Below are positions 60,801 to 64,000 of a stretch of 64,000 nucleotides of DNA, in pieces; the stretch's first letter is position 1; the number at the start of each line of letters is the position of its first letter. Source of the stretch: an uncultured Candidatus Saccharibacteria bacterium (GTDB taxonomy: Bacteria; Patescibacteriota; Saccharimonadia; Saccharimonadales; Saccharimonadaceae); the NCBI GenBank assembly GCA_963525845.1, contig CAURKU010000001.1, positions 193,311 to 257,310 on the forward strand. Direction: 5' to 3'. The position numbers and the translations under genes are program-made. The notes under the pieces are model-generated. The model did no database searches. It was not told the DNA's origin and worked only from the letters and a program-made list of their open reading frames with translations.

Positions 60801-61694
60801 TACACTCAGCGTCAAGCTACTTGGCTTGATGCCAGCGGCGTGCATACTCTCCAGCATCTTCAGGCGCTTGAGAATTTTCTTCTCGCGCTGGCCCTTGGCA
60901 CTCTCAGCTTCTTCAGTCAATTCCGCAATCAGCTGCGGCAAGTCAATCTCATCCAGCAATGTCTTCAACGCTGAAGCACCCATGCCAACTTCAATGAGCT
61001 CATCGTATTCTTCTGGCAAGTTACGATAGTCAGTTTCAGACAACAGCGCGCCCTTGTTCAAACTGTCAAGCTGTGCCTTGCGCGTAGTGTATTTATCGTT
61101 CAATTCTTCAACTTCACGACTCTGTTCCTTAGCCAAAGCCTTGATGTCAGTGCCATCTTCTTCTGCCATTTTTTCGTATCGAATCTTGATGGCAGCACGA
61201 CCAGCTTCTGTCTCAGCTTCCAAGTCTGCAAGATATTGATCACGGGTTGCTTCATCAACCCTCAAAATGACATAGGTCGCAAAGTAAGCTACTCGCTCCA
61301 AGTTACGAACCGTCATGCCGAGCAATTGACTCATGGCGCTTGGCGTACCGCGCATAAACCAGATGTGCGCGACTGGCGCTGCTAACTGGATGTGACCCAT
61401 GCGCTCACGGCGAACGATTGACTTGGTGACGAGTTCACCATTCTTATCAACCGCCGCTTCGCGTGAACGAACACCTTTTAGTTTTGAGTCGTGTGGATTG
61501 ATGTCCTTGACCGGACCGAAAATTCGTTCACAGAACAAACCGTCACGCTCTGGCTTTTGAGTACGATAGTTGATCGTTTCTGGCTTAGTAACTTCACCGT
61601 GACTCCATTTCAGGATATCTTCTGGGCTGGCAACCACTAAGCGTACTGCATCAAAATCGCTAATGCCAGTAGCATTGAATGCAAATTGCGCCAT
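57858..61694 (-). CDS. rpoC: RNA polymerase beta-prime subunit, Zn ligands absent
   Basis: NADFDGDQM, GKRVDYSGRS, GEPGTQLT; SD AGGAGG favours ATG 61694. Confidence 0.99.
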   Translation of the reverse strand: MAQFAFNATGISDFDAVRLVVASPEDILKWSHGEVTKPETINYRTQKPERDGLFCERIFGPVKDINPHDSKLKGVRSREAAVDKNGELVTKSIVRRERMGHIQLAAPVAHIWFMRGTPSAMSQLLGMTVRNLERVAYFATYVILRVDEATRDQYLADLEAETEAGRAAIKIRYEKMAEEDGTDIKALAKEQSREVEELNDKYTTRKAQLDSLNKGALLSETDYRNLPEEYDELIEVGMGASALKTLLDEIDLPQLIAELTEEAESAKGQREKKILKRLKMLESMHAAGIKPSSLTLSVLPVIPPDLRPMVALSGGRFATSDLNDLYRRIINRNNRLKKLVELNAPEVIQRNEKRMLQEAVDALIDNAAARGGRAVSSTGGRRRLKSISDMLKGKQGRFRQNLLGKRVDYSGRSVIVVGPKLKIHQCGLPKQMALELFKPFVISWLIKGEFAHNIRSATRLIESGEAVVWDALDAVIAGKYVLLNRAPSLHRLSIQSFQPVLVEGKAIQLHPLVCAGFNADFDGDQMAVHLPLSKEAQAEARNLMSATANLLKPADGAPVLHISQDIVLGNYYLTYDKPQAQTDNIKAFSSVYEAELAYDKGDIHLQTPIRIFAKGKVRQTTLGRVFFNEILPEDFPYDNNVQTKKQLKKVLAQIFNKYGAEETAKIADRMKGQAFRFATTAAVSTGMTDYVHFDEIPEFVAEGDAKAALISEQFDQGLITEEERYSLTVSAWRNVDNKITAFLKDQLAHMDTSISMMVNSGARGDISNVKLASAMIGIQMDATNHEIELPIRSSYTGGLSSLEAFVATRGARKGLIDTALKTADSGYLTRRLVDVAQDVFTVEDVEGDDEGYAIYRSETEETMIDFSNRLAGRYAAETIPGHVNKDELITREIADSIDDDESIQSVKIQSVLSTNNLNGIPQRSYGVDMSTGKLVGNHQPVGVIAAQSVGEPGTQLTLRTFHNSGVAGGDITQGLPRVEELFEARTPKGQAFVTEIAGLVDVWEDGKKYIVQVTPESGKVERLPLDGRTIVVKAGSSVKAGDVLATGEGDTRPLIAPFDGVVETAEDTLVIAAEAGAPARYEIPGNMQLVVKANDVVEAGDRLTAGSLNLHDLMRLKGVEAAQRYIINEVLRIYAAQGQDVADKHLEIIVRQMFSRVQIEDAGDSDFVTGDIVSKAAVVNTNKQLATEGKNLISYTQLLLGITKVSIWSDSWLSAASFQDTTRVLINAAVSGRADHLHGLKENVIIGRKIPVGTGVVEEDEELAEDNTEELAEEFSEI

Positions 61695-61695
61695 C

Positions 61696-64000
61696 TTACG
61701 CATCCTCCTTTATTTCTTCTACTTCGTCAATGTCTTGTACGCTCATGCCCCCTTCGATTTCTCCAATATCATCGGATTCATCCAAGAAAGTTTCTGCTTC
61801 TTCGTCTTCAGACGTTACCGCAGGCGTGGTTTTGTCTTCAGGTCCACTGGACGCGATCACGTGCTCAGCGTCAACAACAGCTTCATCATCCACCAAGTCA
61901 ACCTTCAGACCCAATCCCTGGAGTTCCTTAACCAACACGTTGAAGGATTCTGGGAGTTTTGGACCGACGATTGGCTCGTCTTTGATGATTGATTCATACG
62001 CCTTGGCACGGCCATAGACGTCGTCAGACTTGATGGTCAGCATTTCCTGCAAGGTTGCTGCCGCACCATAGGCTTCCAGTGCCCAGACCTCCATCTCACC
62101 GAAGCGCTGACCACCATTCTGTGCTTTACCACCGAGCGGCTGCTGAGTGACCATGGTGTATGGACCAGTTGAGCGGGCGTGAATCTTGTCAGACACCATG
62201 TGGTGCAATTTGATCATGTGCATCACACCGACCGTGGTACGCTCTTCAAAGGCTTCACCGGTCCGACCATCAAACAATTGACTCTTACCGTCGCGTGCTA
62301 GCCCTGCTTTTTCTAGTTCATCAGAAATTGTTGCTGATGGCACACCGTTAAATGATGGAGTTGCGACGCGGTAGCCTAGCGCTCGTGCTGCCATACCAAG
62401 GTGCGTTTCAAACAACTGACCGAGGTTCATACGGCTTGGCACACCGAGTGGGTTCAAAATTACGTCAATCGGCGTACCGTCTTCCATGAATGGCATGTCT
62501 TCAACTGGCAGAACCTTTGCCACCACACCCTTGTTACCGTGACGACCAGCCATCTTGTCACCAACACCAATCTTGCGGAGCTGGGCTACAAAGATTTGAA
62601 TCTGCATCAACACACCAGCCTTCAAGTCGTGGCCATTCTCACGGCTAAAGATCTTGACGCCAACGACTTTACCGCCACCAGCATTATTCATGCGCTGTGA
62701 GGTGTCGCGAACGTCCTTGGCTTTTTCACCGAAAATGGCGCGGAGCAAGCGCTCCTCGGAACTGAGTTCCTGCTCACCCTTTGGTGTAATCTTACCGACC
62801 AAAACGTCACCGGCCTTGACTTCAGAACCAATTTGGACAATACCGTTTTCGTCCAAGTGACGCAGGCTTTCCTCCGACACATTCGGAATGTCGCGGGTAA
62901 CAATTTCCGGACCCAGCTTGGTCTCACGAACTTCAACATTGTAATCCTTAATGTTGATGGACGTCAGTGTGTCGTCTTGTACCAATCGGTTGGACAAAAT
63001 TACCGCGTCTTCCATATTGTAGCCACCCCATGGCATAAAGGCCACCAACAGGTTGCGTCCCAGTGCAATTTCACCTTCCGCAACTGAAGCGCCTTCGATC
63101 AGGACATCACCCTGCTTCACCTTATCGCCGCGCTTGATGCGAACTTTTTGGTTGTAGCAGCGGTCGTCATTGTTTTTGACGAAATGGCGGAGTTCATATA
63201 CTTTGACGCCATCGCTGTATTTGACATGAATTTCATTTGCATCAGCTTTGACTACTTCACCGTCACCTGACGCCAAGGTTAAGTGACCACTGTTTGCAGC
63301 AATGGACTTTTCGACGCCCGTACCAACAGTTGCTGGCTCCGGTGTGAGCAGCGGTACTGCCTGGCGTTGCATGTTTGAACCAGTCAAGCTACGGTCAATA
63401 CGGTTCTTTTCGATGAACGGCACCAGCGCAGCGGTTGACCCCAAAATCTGCTTGTGTGCTGCGTCCATGTAGGTAACTTGATCAGCATCAACCTGAGATG
63501 GCTGCATGTTGTTACGAGCTGACACACGCTCATCACGGAACGTACCGTCTTCGTTCAACACAGCACCAGCATCAGCGATCACCTCAGCTGCTTCCTGCGC
63601 CGCGTCCAGATAGACAACATCGTCTGTCACGCGACCATTCACAACCTTCAAGTATGGCGTTTCGATGAAGCCATATTCATTGACCCGTGCGTAGGTGGCG
63701 AGGTTTAGCACCAAACCAACATTGGCACCTTCTGGCGTCTCCACCGAACAGATACGACCATAGTGCGTTGGGTGAGCGTCACGAACGTCAAAACCAGCGC
63801 GCTCACGGCTCAAACCACCAGGACCCATTGAACTCAAACGACGCTTGTGGCTCAATTCAGACAGTGGGTTAACCTCGTCCATCAGCTGACTGAGCTGTGA
63901 GCTAGTGAAGAATTCACGAACTGCCGCCACCACTGGGCGAGCATTGATCAGCTGGCTCGGTGTTACGCCTTCCATGTCTGCCACGCTCATGCGGTCCATG
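61696..64000 (-). CDS. rpoB: RNA polymerase beta subunit (5' part outside the window)
   Basis: [29 protein letters not shown]. Confidence 0.99.
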   Translation of the reverse strand, partial: MDRMSVADMEGVTPSQLINARPVVAAVREFFTSSQLSQLMDEVNPLSELSHKRRLSSMGPGGLSRERAGFDVRDAHPTHYGRICSVETPEGANVGLVLNLATYARVNEYGFIETPYLKVVNGRVTDDVVYLDAAQEAAEVIADAGAVLNEDGTFRDERVSARNNMQPSQVDADQVTYMDAAHKQILGSTAALVPFIEKNRIDRSLTGSNMQRQAVPLLTPEPATVGTGVEKSIAANSGHLTLASGDGEVVKADANEIHVKYSDGVKVYELRHFVKNNDDRCYNQKVRIKRGDKVKQGDVLIEGASVAEGEIALGRNLLVAFMPWGGYNMEDAVILSNRLVQDDTLTSINIKDYNVEVRETKLGPEIVTRDIPNVSEESLRHLDENGIVQIGSEVKAGDVLVGKITPKGEQELSSEERLLRAIFGEKAKDVRDTSQRMNNAGGGKVVGVKIFSRENGHDLKAGVLMQIQIFVAQLRKIGVGDKMAGRHGNKGVVAKVLPVEDMPFMEDGTPIDVILNPLGVPSRMNLGQLFETHLGMAARALGYRVATPSFNGVPSATISDELEKAGLARDGKSQLFDGRTGEAFEERTTVGVMHMIKLHHMVSDKIHARSTGPYTMVTQQPLGGKAQNGGQRFGEMEVWALEAYGAAATLQEMLTIKSDDVYGRAKAYESIIKDEPIVGPKLPESFNVLVKELQGLGLKVDLVDDEAVVDAEHVIASSGPEDKTTPAVTSEDEEAETFLDESDDIGEIEGGMSVQDIDEVEEIKEDA

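Noticed and set aside
63820..63900. RpoB rifampicin-region variants (F514L- and L533M-equivalent)
   Set aside because: D516, H526 and S531 equivalents are intact; resistance cannot be inferred.

Overview
Core-genome window from a small-genome Patescibacteria (CPR) bacterium, most likely an oral-type Saccharibacteria/TM7 (inferred from protein sequences, absence of rpmD and gene layout). It holds most of the transcription/translation supercluster on the minus strand: rpoB(partial)-rpoC, rpsL-rpsG, fusA, tuf, rpsJ, the S10/spc/alpha operons, rplM-rpsI, rpmG, secE-nusG and rplK. It also has four tRNAs, enolase, LDH, glycogen genes and many accessory genes inserted between conserved blocks. Main observations: (1) RpoC lacks all eight canonical Zn-ligand cysteines, and S4, S14, L33, L36 and HolB also lack their Zn motifs. 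(2) The str-locus EF-G has both guanine-specificity motifs rewritten (NKxD to NKIN; GSAF to GGDG). (3) An AT-rich copY-copA cassette with no mobility gene is bounded by nested direct repeats (A-B-cargo-B-A). (4) An in-frame, internally deleted 48-aa copy of rpsH follows a NUDIX insertion. (5) Two small membrane-protein genes are embedded in highly structured, possibly bistable RNA. (6) Extended -10 boxes sit 6-7 nt upstream of many start codons, suggesting widespread leaderless mRNAs. All calls are from reading the sequence by eye; no searches or folding programs were run.
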